The position numbers and the translations under genes are program-made. Shown in pieces: positions 1 to 7,914 of a stretch of 49,739 nt of DNA. Numbering within the stretch: position 1 is the first letter of the stretch; each line of letters opens with the position of its first letter. This DNA comes from Clostridia bacterium (GTDB lineage: Bacteria > Bacillota > Clostridia > Oscillospirales > SIG627): positions 1-49,739 of the forward strand of contig JAGDAA010000178.1 in NCBI GenBank assembly GCA_017959745.1, written 5' to 3'. The notes beneath the pieces are model-generated. The model was not told where the DNA came from, searched no databases, and saw nothing but the letters and a program-made list of their open reading frames with translations.

Positions 1-252
1 AATATGATCAGGAACGCCAAAGTCACCAGCAACTATGCCATCGCCAAGGTGATCATAAACGTGCTGGATGAGAGCGGCAGCGTCATCTCCACCGTCACAC
101 GTCACGTTCCGGGCAATCCCGTGCGGGAATATGAAGTCTCCTCGTTGATTTCCGTGCGAGACGAAGCGAATTTCTCCGGAAAGCGATTACAGATCCAGGC
201 GTTCGTAGGATCCGGCGAATTGCTCACGGTGTTCGACGGAACAGTCTCATAA
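1..252 (+). CDS. 3' end of a gene truncated by the window edge. Its C-terminal beta-rich domain is paralogous to the middle domain of the next two genes, and it has no dockerin.
   Basis: The frame is open to position 1 and stops at TAA 250..252. The tail IQAFVGSGELLTVFDGTVS aligns with IEAIVGSGETLTVYEG (276..2165) and IEATVGTGETLPVYEG (2269..3933). SNYAIAKVIINV aligns with SNYYLSKLTITV and TNYPIAKVALTL. Confidence 0.55.
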   Translation, partial: NMIRNAKVTSNYAIAKVIINVLDESGSVISTVTRHVPGNPVREYEVSSLISVRDEANFSGKRLQIQAFVGSGELLTVFDGTVS

Positions 253-275
253 GATCATACGAAAAGAGAAGAAAA

Positions 276-2165
276 ATGAAAAGAAATCTGAAAACAGCAT
301 CCTTGCTTCTCTGTATATCGCTTTTATTGATAACTTTAGCCACTCCCCTTTCGCTCAACGCGCATTCCGTCGAGCTGCCCGTCGTGATGCTGCAGTCTGT
401 CCCTGATATCATCACCTGGGACGACGTCAACGCCATCCCGGTGGCAAATAATACGATGTCGGAGGATCAGCTGCGGCAGATCTGCGTGGACTATATGCTC
501 CTGCAGCAAAATTTTACCTGGACGCCCACTCACGATCTGGATTATCTGTGCGCTTCCGCCAGCGACGCGGATGAAGACGGCATGCTTCACTGCAAAGAAG
601 GCGAAATCTACGCGGGCTTTCCATACGGTCACGGGGGTCTGACCCTGTACAACGCCATGGACTATTATGATACGGAAAGCGGACTCTGGGACGCCTACGC
701 CACCCAAAGCGGCACTACGCTGCCCCTGACCAATAACTGCGGCACCGCCGTTATGTGGGCGCTCGCCCGGGTCAGCACCCAAACTCAAAACTTCGCCGGC
801 ACCGTTACTATGACCAAACAGAACGGGTATCTTCCCGTCGGCACCTACAGTTACGATGAAAACATCAGCCGGTTTGACGAATCCGACAAAACCCAGACCA
901 AAGAGATCGCCAAAGCCAACGGCAAACAAACCATGTTCAAATCCTACGCTCTTCTGAAAAAAGGGGACGGGACTGTCACGTATAATACCCCGTACGGCGG
1001 ACATGCCCGCATGGCCATTGAGAATGCCGTCGTGGTCAATAAAACCAGCACTACGATCAACGGCGACAAAAGCTACGTTATTATGGCGGAACAGTATTCC
1101 ACCCGCTACCAGCGCACCAGTCAGGGGCAAACGATCAATCAGCACGGACAGATTTACAAGAAGTATACCTTCAGTGAATTGTACAACAGCGGCTATCTTC
1201 CCTTCACCATCACAGAGTTTTCCGATCCTCAGAGCGTGGAGCAGGCGGCGGTGCGGCTGAGCAACGCAGGATCCAACCTGTCCTATACCACCCTCAGCGG
1301 CTGCGTGGTGTACTCCAACTACTATCTCTCCAAGTTAACGATCACCGTCACCGGACTGGACGGAAGCGTCAAATATCAAAACAAGGTGAATGTGAATATC
1401 ACCAGCACAAGCCTCAGGAATAAGGACAGCAGATACTACGCACTCTCCGCACTGATTCCCTCTAAAATGAAAACGCCCGGTCATGTGAAGATCGAAGCGA
1501 TCGTGGGAAGCGGTGAAACGCTGACGGTCTATGAGGGTAACGCCTGCTATACCGCCTCCGGCGACTTCTATACCAGTCATAGCTATAACCAATCCTCTAC
1601 AACCAAGCCGACCTGTACCGAACCCGGGTTTACCACCCACACCTGCACCCGCTGCGGCGATAGCTATACCGATAACGAAGTGGCGGCTCTCGGTCACAAC
1701 TGGGGTGAGGCAAGCTACAAATGGTCCGAGGACTACACCGCCTGTACCGCAACCCGGATCTGCAAACGGGATGAGACCCACGTAGATTCCGAAACTGCTG
1801 ACGCGACTACTGATACCCAAGGTGCCGAAATCACTTATACAGCGAACTTCAAAGGCACAGACTTCAAGACCCAGACGAAAACCGTGAATTCTTTCATCTG
1901 GGGCGACGCCAACGGAGACGGCTATGTCAATAACAAGGACATTGTCTGTTTGAAGAACTATCTGGCATACTATGATGCGGAGGGCCAGACTTCCGTCCAC
2001 GAAGGCGTCACCTATTCGCTCAAATCCGGCGCGGACGCCAACGGAGACGGGATGAAAAACAACACAGACGTCGTCCGTCTGAAGAGATACCTGATGTTCT
2101 TTGACGAGCTGACCGGGAAATCTATGGACGGTGAAAATGAGGTTGTCTTAGGGCCCGCTTCATAA
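276..2165 (+). CDS. Secreted multidomain protein: signal peptide, N-terminal putative Cys/His hydrolase-like domain (family not recognised), beta-rich domain, Cys-rich module, and C-terminal two-repeat dockerin
   Basis: ATG at 276. The N-terminus MKRNLKTASLLLCISLLLITLATPLSLNA looks like a signal peptide. Dockerin Ca-loop/helix repeats GDANGDGYVNNKDIVCLKNYL and ADANGDGMKNNTDVVRLKRYL lie at the C-terminus. Blocks NNCGTAVMWAL and GGHARM are conserved in the paralog. Confidence 0.8.
   Translation: MKRNLKTASLLLCISLLLITLATPLSLNAHSVELPVVMLQSVPDIITWDDVNAIPVANNTMSEDQLRQICVDYMLLQQNFTWTPTHDLDYLCASASDADEDGMLHCKEGEIYAGFPYGHGGLTLYNAMDYYDTESGLWDAYATQSGTTLPLTNNCGTAVMWALARVSTQTQNFAGTVTMTKQNGYLPVGTYSYDENISRFDESDKTQTKEIAKANGKQTMFKSYALLKKGDGTVTYNTPYGGHARMAIENAVVVNKTSTTINGDKSYVIMAEQYSTRYQRTSQGQTINQHGQIYKKYTFSELYNSGYLPFTITEFSDPQSVEQAAVRLSNAGSNLSYTTLSGCVVYSNYYLSKLTITVTGLDGSVKYQNKVNVNITSTSLRNKDSRYYALSALIPSKMKTPGHVKIEAIVGSGETLTVYEGNACYTASGDFYTSHSYNQSSTTKPTCTEPGFTTHTCTRCGDSYTDNEVAALGHNWGEASYKWSEDYTACTATRICKRDETHVDSETADATTDTQGAEITYTANFKGTDFKTQTKTVNSFIWGDANGDGYVNNKDIVCLKNYLAYYDAEGQTSVHEGVTYSLKSGADANGDGMKNNTDVVRLKRYLMFFDELTGKSMDGENEVVLGPAS
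1899..2165 (+). repeat. Dockerin-coding segment, copy 1 of a 267-nt direct repeat (copy 2 at 3667..3933)
   Basis: Hand alignment codon by codon gives about 15 mismatches in 267 nt. A central stretch of about 130 nt has a single mismatch. The upstream parts of the two genes are much more diverged. Confidence 0.85.
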
Positions 2166-2268
2166 AACAACAGTTTGGGGATTGGAATCCTTCGTCTTGC
2201 CAAACAAGTGAGATAAAGTCATCGCCCACACCTTGCCGATAACGGTCGCGCCCGCGAAAGGAATTCAT

Positions 2269-3933
2269 ATGAAAAGGCGAGCTTCTATCATATCCCTTCT
2301 CCTTTGCATGAGCCTGCTATTCACGGGAAGCCCGGGGATCCTCGCTTTCGCCGATAACGGAGAGCTTCCCGTGGCGTGGCTTGACGGGACGCCGGAGACC
2401 ATCTCTCCGGAAGATCTCGATGCCATTCCCGTGGCGACCCCGGATATGACGAAGGACGAACTGAGACAGATCTGCGTGGATTTCATGCGTCTCCAGCAAG
2501 GCTTTATCTGGACGCCGGCGGAGGATCTTGATTATCTCTGCGCCTCCGCATCCACCGCGGATGAGAACGGGCTTCACCACTACAAAGCGGGTCAGTATTA
2601 CGCGGGATTACCCTACGGGGGCGGCAGCGCGACCCTATACAGCGCCTTGGATTATTATGATCCTGATACAGGGGTGTGGGACGTTTCCGCGCTTGTTTCC
2701 GGCACGGCTTTTCCTTTGACGAACGACTGCGGGACCTCCGTGGTCTGGAGCCTTTCCCGGGTGTGCAACAGTTTGAGCAAATTCGGCGGAACGGTCACCA
2801 TGACGAAAAAAAACGGGTTTTTGCCCGTAGGGCCGTATCAATACGATTTTGAGATCGAAAAGTACACCGCCTCCGAGAAAACGCTGAGCAAAGCCATCTG
2901 CCAAACAAACGGGGAGCAGGTCATGTTTGAATCCTACGCTCAGGTCCGAAAGGCGGACGGCATCGTTCGCCGGTACCAGGAAAACGGGCACGCCCGCATG
3001 GTGGTGGAAGACGCCTTTGTAGTGCGAAAGGGCGACGGGACCATTGACGGCGCCAAGAGTTACCTTAAAACCTGCGAACAGTCCTCCGGCAAATCCACAC
3101 GCGAAAGCTATGGCCACACCGTCATTCAAAACGGATGGATCGATAAGCAATACACCTTCTCAAAGCTGTTCAAGGACGGATATCTCCCCTTCACCGTGGC
3201 GGAACTGAACGGATCAGAACCGGTTGAGCGGGCGCAGGTCAGCTTAAGCAATACCGGGAGCGATCTGTCTTTTGACGCGTTACGAAAGGAAGTCGTTCAC
3301 ACCAATTATCCCATCGCCAAGGTCGCCCTCACCCTTACCGGAGCGGACGGGCATCTGGTGTACAAGGAGACGAAAAACGTCAAGCTATCCAAGCTCTACG
3401 CGGATTATACATTAAGCGATTTGATCCCCGCCTCCCTTTCCGCATCCGGTCACGTTCTGATCGAAGCTACGGTGGGGACCGGGGAGACCCTGCCGGTTTA
3501 TGAAGGCGAAGCGTGCTATGACGCGAGTGGCCTTTTCCACGGTAGCCATGACTATATCGCCGTCGTAACAGATCCCACCTTGACGACAGGCGGCTACACC
3601 ACTTACACCTGCTCCCGCTGCGGGAATACCTACGTAGCCGATGAAACGGAGGCTTTGGGTCCCTTGTGGGGCGATGCCAACGGAGACGGCTCTGTCAATA
3701 ACAAGGACATTGTCTGTTTGAAGAACTATCTGGCATACTATGACGCGGAGGGCCAGACTTCCGTCCACGAAGGCGTCACCTATTCGCTCAAATCCGGCGC
3801 GGACGCCAACGGCGACGGGAAGGAAAACAACGCAGACATCGTCCGTCTAAAGAAATATCTGATGTTCTTTGACGAGCTGACCGGGAAATCTATGGACGGC
3901 GAAAACGAGATTGTCTTAGGTCCCGCTTCATAA
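2269..3933 (+). CDS. Paralog of 276..2165: secreted putative Cys/His hydrolase-like protein with C-terminal dockerin
   Basis: I prefer ATG 2269 (MKRRASIISLLLCMSLLFTGSPGILAFA, a signal peptide) over TTG 2233. Blocks shared with the paralog include LRQICVD, DLDYLCASAS, PLTNDCGTSVVW, TVTMTKKNGFLPVG, NGHARM and GYLPFT. The C-terminal dockerin is nearly identical to the paralog's. Confidence 0.8.
   Translation: MKRRASIISLLLCMSLLFTGSPGILAFADNGELPVAWLDGTPETISPEDLDAIPVATPDMTKDELRQICVDFMRLQQGFIWTPAEDLDYLCASASTADENGLHHYKAGQYYAGLPYGGGSATLYSALDYYDPDTGVWDVSALVSGTAFPLTNDCGTSVVWSLSRVCNSLSKFGGTVTMTKKNGFLPVGPYQYDFEIEKYTASEKTLSKAICQTNGEQVMFESYAQVRKADGIVRRYQENGHARMVVEDAFVVRKGDGTIDGAKSYLKTCEQSSGKSTRESYGHTVIQNGWIDKQYTFSKLFKDGYLPFTVAELNGSEPVERAQVSLSNTGSDLSFDALRKEVVHTNYPIAKVALTLTGADGHLVYKETKNVKLSKLYADYTLSDLIPASLSASGHVLIEATVGTGETLPVYEGEACYDASGLFHGSHDYIAVVTDPTLTTGGYTTYTCSRCGNTYVADETEALGPLWGDANGDGSVNNKDIVCLKNYLAYYDAEGQTSVHEGVTYSLKSGADANGDGKENNADIVRLKKYLMFFDELTGKSMDGENEIVLGPAS
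3667..3933 (+). repeat. Dockerin-coding segment, copy 2 of the 267-nt direct repeat
   Basis: See 1899..2165. Both copies have the same length and the same reading frame and both end at the stop codon. Confidence 0.85.
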
Positions 3934-3942
3934 GGCCGATAT

Positions 3943-3980
3943 AAAACAACAGGCGATCCTACAGGATCGCCTGTTGTTTT
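3943..3980. terminator. Bidirectional rho-independent terminator between convergent genes
   Basis: AACAACAGGCGATCCT (3945..3960) pairs perfectly with AGGATCGCCTGTTGTT (3963..3978). An A-run lies upstream and a T-run downstream. Confidence 0.8.
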
Positions 3981-3992
3981 ACTTGCGGCTTT

Positions 3993-4487
3993 CTATTTAT
4001 GATATTTGCTTCCCGCCAGGATGCAGGAGGCGCGGTAGATCTGCTCCGCCAGCATCACCCGGAACAGGGAATGGGGAAAGGTCATGGGGGAAAAGGAGAG
4101 ACGCAGGTCACAGGCGGCTTTTACCTCCCCGCTCAAGCCCCAGGAGGAGCCGATGATAAAGACGGCGCCGCTTTTGCCGGAAAGCGCCGCGCGATCCAGC
4201 GCTTTTGCCAGTCCTTCCGAAGAAAGCTGTTCTCCTTCCACGCAAAGGGCTATTTTGTAAGCACGGTTGAAGCGGGGCTGAGAAAGGATCTGAAGGATGC
4301 TCTTTCCTTCCCTTTCAAGCGTCTGGGCGATCTCTTCCGGCTTCAGGTCCCTGCCCGGCGTGGCGGCGGGTTTTACGAGAACGCTTTCCATACCGCCGTA
4401 CGCCCGCATCCGTTTCTGATACTCCGCGAAGGCGTCCCGGAAATAAGGCTCCTTCGGCTCGCCAACGCTGATAATACAGGTATTCAC
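3993..4487 (-). CDS. rlmH: 23S rRNA (pseudouridine1915-N3)-methyltransferase RlmH
   Basis: SPOUT-type sequence CIISVGEPKEPYFRDAFAEYQKRM...FIIGSSWGLS...LSFSPMTFPHSLFRVMLAEQIYRA...KYHK. The GTG start at 4487 overlaps the upstream stop (GTGA). The longer ORF up to 4751 is an overlap artefact. Confidence 0.9.
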   Translation of the reverse strand: MNTCIISVGEPKEPYFRDAFAEYQKRMRAYGGMESVLVKPAATPGRDLKPEEIAQTLEREGKSILQILSQPRFNRAYKIALCVEGEQLSSEGLAKALDRAALSGKSGAVFIIGSSWGLSGEVKAACDLRLSFSPMTFPHSLFRVMLAEQIYRASCILAGSKYHK

Positions 4488-5284
4488 AGGATCCTCGTCA
4501 CCTCCCGGCGGGAAGCGGCGCGCAGGGCGTAATCCTTCCCGGCTTCGGCGCCCGCGGCGCGCAGCGTTTCCCGGTACGCCTCCATGGCAAGGGGCGGCGT
4601 GTTGTTGTCCTGAGAGAGATGGAACAGGGTGAAATTTTTGCATCCCGCGGCAAACAGCTCCGCGGCGAAGGCGGCGGAATCCGCATTGCACAGATGCCCG
4701 TTGTCCGAGGCGATCCTTTCTTTCAAGTGATAGGGATAAGGCCCGTTCCAAAGCATTTCCAGGTCGTGATTGGCTTCCAGGACCACGTTCTCGCAGCCTA
4801 AAAGTCCCCTGCGGACGGAGGCGGAAACGTGTCCCAGGTCCGTCGCGACTCCCAGTTTTCCCTCCTGGAAAACAAAGCCCTCGCTGTCCACGCTGTCGTG
4901 GGGGGTACTGAAGGGGGAAAACACCAAATCCCCGATCTCATACTCCTTTTCCGGGTCCACGGTCCGCACGCATTTGGCGAAGACCTGCGCCCATTTCGGC
5001 TTATCCCTCATTTGATAGCCGTAATAGATCTCCTTCGCCACCGCCTCCTGGCAGAAGACAGGGACGGGATTGGCACAGAGCAAGACGGGCAGCGCCGCCA
5101 CGTGATCTACGTGCTCGTGGGTGATCAGGATGGCGGACAGGCTCGCCAGGTCCGTCCCGATACCGTTGAGCGCGTCTTTGATATGCTTGCAGTTGGAGCC
5201 GGCGTCGACGAGGATCTCCGCAGACCCCTCCCGCAGATACAGGCAATTACCGGAAGAACCCGAAAATAAAGAATAACACTCCAT
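4484..5284 (-). CDS. MBL-fold metallo-hydrolase, YycJ/WalJ-like
   Basis: HEHVDH metal motif. The N-terminus YSLFSGSSGNCLYL...ILVDAG resembles YycJ. It sits directly upstream of rlmH, as in Bacillus. Confidence 0.8.
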   Translation of the reverse strand: MECYSLFSGSSGNCLYLREGSAEILVDAGSNCKHIKDALNGIGTDLASLSAILITHEHVDHVAALPVLLCANPVPVFCQEAVAKEIYYGYQMRDKPKWAQVFAKCVRTVDPEKEYEIGDLVFSPFSTPHDSVDSEGFVFQEGKLGVATDLGHVSASVRRGLLGCENVVLEANHDLEMLWNGPYPYHLKERIASDNGHLCNADSAAFAAELFAAGCKNFTLFHLSQDNNTPPLAMEAYRETLRAAGAEAGKDYALRAASRREVTRIL

Positions 5285-5287
5285 ACG

Positions 5288-5692
5288 TCACCCTTTGAAA
5301 AAGAAATGCAGATAGATGTAATCCGCCGCCAGGATAAAGAAGAAGGGCGCCGCCGTCATCAGAAGGATCCGGGCGGCCCTTTCCTGCTTCTCCGCCCCCA
5401 GGTGGAACAAATCGGGCCGGGGCGGGATATCGGCGGAGGGCGCGGCACTCTTTTTTTCTTTTGACCCATCCTTTTCCCGCGCCAGTCGGGCGCGCTTTTC
5501 CTCCTCGCCGCGCAGAGGGCGCCAGCCTCCGTTGACCAGGAGAAAGAAGATGAACAGGACCACGGCGCTTACGGCGTAAACGGCGGAAACGAAAAGGGTG
5601 TACGGCGTTTCGGAAAAAGACCAGTAGACCGCGCCCAGAACCAGGGTCCACAACACCAAAAAGAGGATGGTTTTCAGTGTTTGTTTCTTCAT
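5288..5692 (-). CDS. Small integral membrane protein, function unknown
   Basis: Several hydrophobic segments surround a charged loop (RGEEEKRARLAREKDGSKEKK). Its ATG overlaps the recD2 stop (ATGA). Confidence 0.55.
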   Translation of the reverse strand: MKKQTLKTILFLVLWTLVLGAVYWSFSETPYTLFVSAVYAVSAVVLFIFFLLVNGGWRPLRGEEEKRARLAREKDGSKEKKSAAPSADIPPRPDLFHLGAEKQERAARILLMTAAPFFFILAADYIYLHFFFKG

Positions 5693-7914
5693 GTTCCACC
5701 CTCCGTCAGAAGTTGATATGCCCGGCAGAGCCCGGTGTAGCGTTCGGCGACGCGGTCGTTGTCAACCATCCGGTGAAAGGACGCCGGATCCCCCACGAGA
5801 ATCGCCAGCTTCTTTGCCCGGGTGATCCCTGTATACAGCAGATTGCGGGTCGCCAGCATCGGGGGCGGATTGAACAGGGGCAGGATCACGATGGGATACT
5901 CGCTCCCCTGGCTTTTGTGGACCGTGACCGCGAAGGCGTGCTCGATCTCGTCCAGTTCCTCAAACATATAGGAAACCTTGTGATCGTCGTACAAAACGGT
6001 CACGGTCTCTTCGGCGTGGTCCACGGACAGGATCCGTCCGATGTCCCCGTTGAAGACGCCGTTGCCGCGGATCCCCTCGTTTTCCGTACTTTCCCACTCC
6101 AGGTCGTAGTCATTGCGGATCTGCATGACCTTGTCCCCTTCCCGGAAGATCAGGTCGCGGACCGCTTTTTCCCGCTTATCCGGCGCGGGCGGATTCAGGG
6201 CGTCCTGAAGCAGGGCGTTCAGGCGGACGGTTCCCAGATCCCCCTTTCTGGTGCAGCTGAGGACCTGGATGCCTTCCGACGCCTCCTGACCGTATTTCCG
6301 GGGCAACCGGTCCCGACAGAGGGAGACGACCGTTTCCACGGACGCGGCAAGGGAGGGGCGCGCCATCAGGAAGAAATCTCCGTCCCGATCCGCGGAGACA
6401 GGGTACTCCCCCCGGTTGACACGGTGGGCGTTTTCCACGATGTCGCTGTCGCCGGACTGCCGGTAGATGCGCTCCAGGCGGCAAACCGGGAACACGTCGG
6501 AGCGGATGGTGTCCCGCAGGACTTCGCCCGCGCCCACGCTGGGTAGCTGGTCGCTGTCCCCGATCAGGATCAGGCGGGCGCCGGGACGAATGGCACACAG
6601 GAGGGAGGCGAACAAAAGGACGTCCATCATACTGCTTTCGTCCACGATGATCACATCTTCCTCCAGGGGGTTCTTTTCATTCCGGATGAAATGCGTGGTA
6701 TCGTCCCGGGTGTATTCGATCTCTAAAAGCCGGTGGATGGTGCGGGTAGAAGAGCCGGTGGATTCTCCCAGACGTTTCGCCGCCCGTCCGGTGGGCGCCG
6801 CCAGGGCGATCTTCATACCCACCCGCTCGAAGAGGGAGACGATGGCTTTCACAATGGTGGTTTTGCCCGTACCGGGACCGCCGGTGATCAGCGTCACGGA
6901 ATGGGACAGCGCCGTGCGGATGGCTTCCCGCTGGGCGGGGGCGTAGGTGATGCCCTCCCGCAGTTCCGTTTCCTCGATGAGCCGTTCCGCGTCCTCCACG
7001 GAGCCGTACAGGTTGATGCGGTTCAATTCGCAGAGCTTGGTGGCGCAGGAGATCTCCGCCCGGAAGTACGGCGGCAGGTATACGGGGCAATCCTCTCCCT
7101 GCGCCCGGATTAGATCCCCTTCCAGGCAAAGCCCGTTCAGCCGCTCTTCCACAAGCTGCGGCTCCACCTCCATCAGGGCGGCGGAAGCGGCGACAAGCTT
7201 ATGCTTCGGCAGGTAGCAGTGCCCGTTAGCGGAAGCGTTGAAGCGCAGGACGTAGCGCAATCCGGCGCGCAGGCGGCCCGGGGAATCTTTCTCAAAGCCC
7301 ATGGCCTGCGCCATGGCGTCCGCGCGCTCAAAGCCCACGCCGAAGATCTCGTCGCAGAGGATATACGGGTCCTTTTCCGCGACCTCCACGGCGCGAACAC
7401 CCCACTTCTTATAGATGCGCATGGTGGTGGAAGAACCGAAATAGGAGCCGAAATACATCATAATCTTCCGGACGCCGAACTGCTCCTTGAAGGCGGCGGA
7501 GATCTCCCGGGCTTTCTTGACGGAGATCCCGTGAACGTCCGCCAGCAGGTCGGGATTGTTTTCCAGCACATCGAACGCCGCTTCCCCGAAGCGGTCCACG
7601 ATCCGCTGCGCCAGTTTGGGCCCCACACCCTTCACCGCCCGGGAGGAGAGATAGCGCAGCATGGATTTCTCGTCCACCGGCAGATTCTTTTCCAAACAGG
7701 TCGCCTTGAACTGCTTGCCATAGGTGGGGTGGGAGGTCCAGTTCCCCATCACCCGGATCACATCGCCCACCAGGATCCCGGGCATAATGCCCACAACGGT
7801 GACGGGCTCGTCTTCCACGGCGATCACGCAGACGGTATAGCCGTTTTCGTCATTCTGATAGATGACGTCCTCCACTTCCCCTTCCAGGGTCAGGATTTTT
7901 TCAGTTTGATCCAT
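5689..7914 (-). CDS. recD2: ATP-dependent RecD-like DNA helicase (SF1B, RecD2)
   Basis: 741 aa. Walker A is GGPGTGKTT and the helicase motifs DESSM, GDSDQLPSVG and VHKSQGSE are present. The N-terminal region resembles that of RecD2/YrrC. Confidence 0.9.
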   Translation of the reverse strand: MDQTEKILTLEGEVEDVIYQNDENGYTVCVIAVEDEPVTVVGIMPGILVGDVIRVMGNWTSHPTYGKQFKATCLEKNLPVDEKSMLRYLSSRAVKGVGPKLAQRIVDRFGEAAFDVLENNPDLLADVHGISVKKAREISAAFKEQFGVRKIMMYFGSYFGSSTTMRIYKKWGVRAVEVAEKDPYILCDEIFGVGFERADAMAQAMGFEKDSPGRLRAGLRYVLRFNASANGHCYLPKHKLVAASAALMEVEPQLVEERLNGLCLEGDLIRAQGEDCPVYLPPYFRAEISCATKLCELNRINLYGSVEDAERLIEETELREGITYAPAQREAIRTALSHSVTLITGGPGTGKTTIVKAIVSLFERVGMKIALAAPTGRAAKRLGESTGSSTRTIHRLLEIEYTRDDTTHFIRNEKNPLEEDVIIVDESSMMDVLLFASLLCAIRPGARLILIGDSDQLPSVGAGEVLRDTIRSDVFPVCRLERIYRQSGDSDIVENAHRVNRGEYPVSADRDGDFFLMARPSLAASVETVVSLCRDRLPRKYGQEASEGIQVLSCTRKGDLGTVRLNALLQDALNPPAPDKREKAVRDLIFREGDKVMQIRNDYDLEWESTENEGIRGNGVFNGDIGRILSVDHAEETVTVLYDDHKVSYMFEELDEIEHAFAVTVHKSQGSEYPIVILPLFNPPPMLATRNLLYTGITRAKKLAILVGDPASFHRMVDNDRVAERYTGLCRAYQLLTEGGT

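Noticed and set aside
4488-4751. An N-terminal extension of the rlmH ORF, which would make 252 aa in total
   Set aside because: The extension overlaps the 3' end of the MBL hydrolase gene in another frame and is Arg/Gly-rich. RlmH homology begins at the GTG at 4487, which forms a GTGA overlap with the upstream stop.
4484-5284. MBL-fold proteins (also 31100..31747) as beta-lactamase resistance genes
   Set aside because: Neither has a signal peptide. One is YycJ-like and linked to rlmH as in Bacillus. The other is glyoxalase-II-like. Class B beta-lactamases are secreted.
5689-7914. RecD2 helicase as part of a defence or mobile element module
   Set aside because: It has the full-length canonical RecD2/YrrC architecture. 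It is embedded in an overlapping operon with lnt, a YycJ-like MBL and rlmH. No nuclease, methylase or integrase partners are present.
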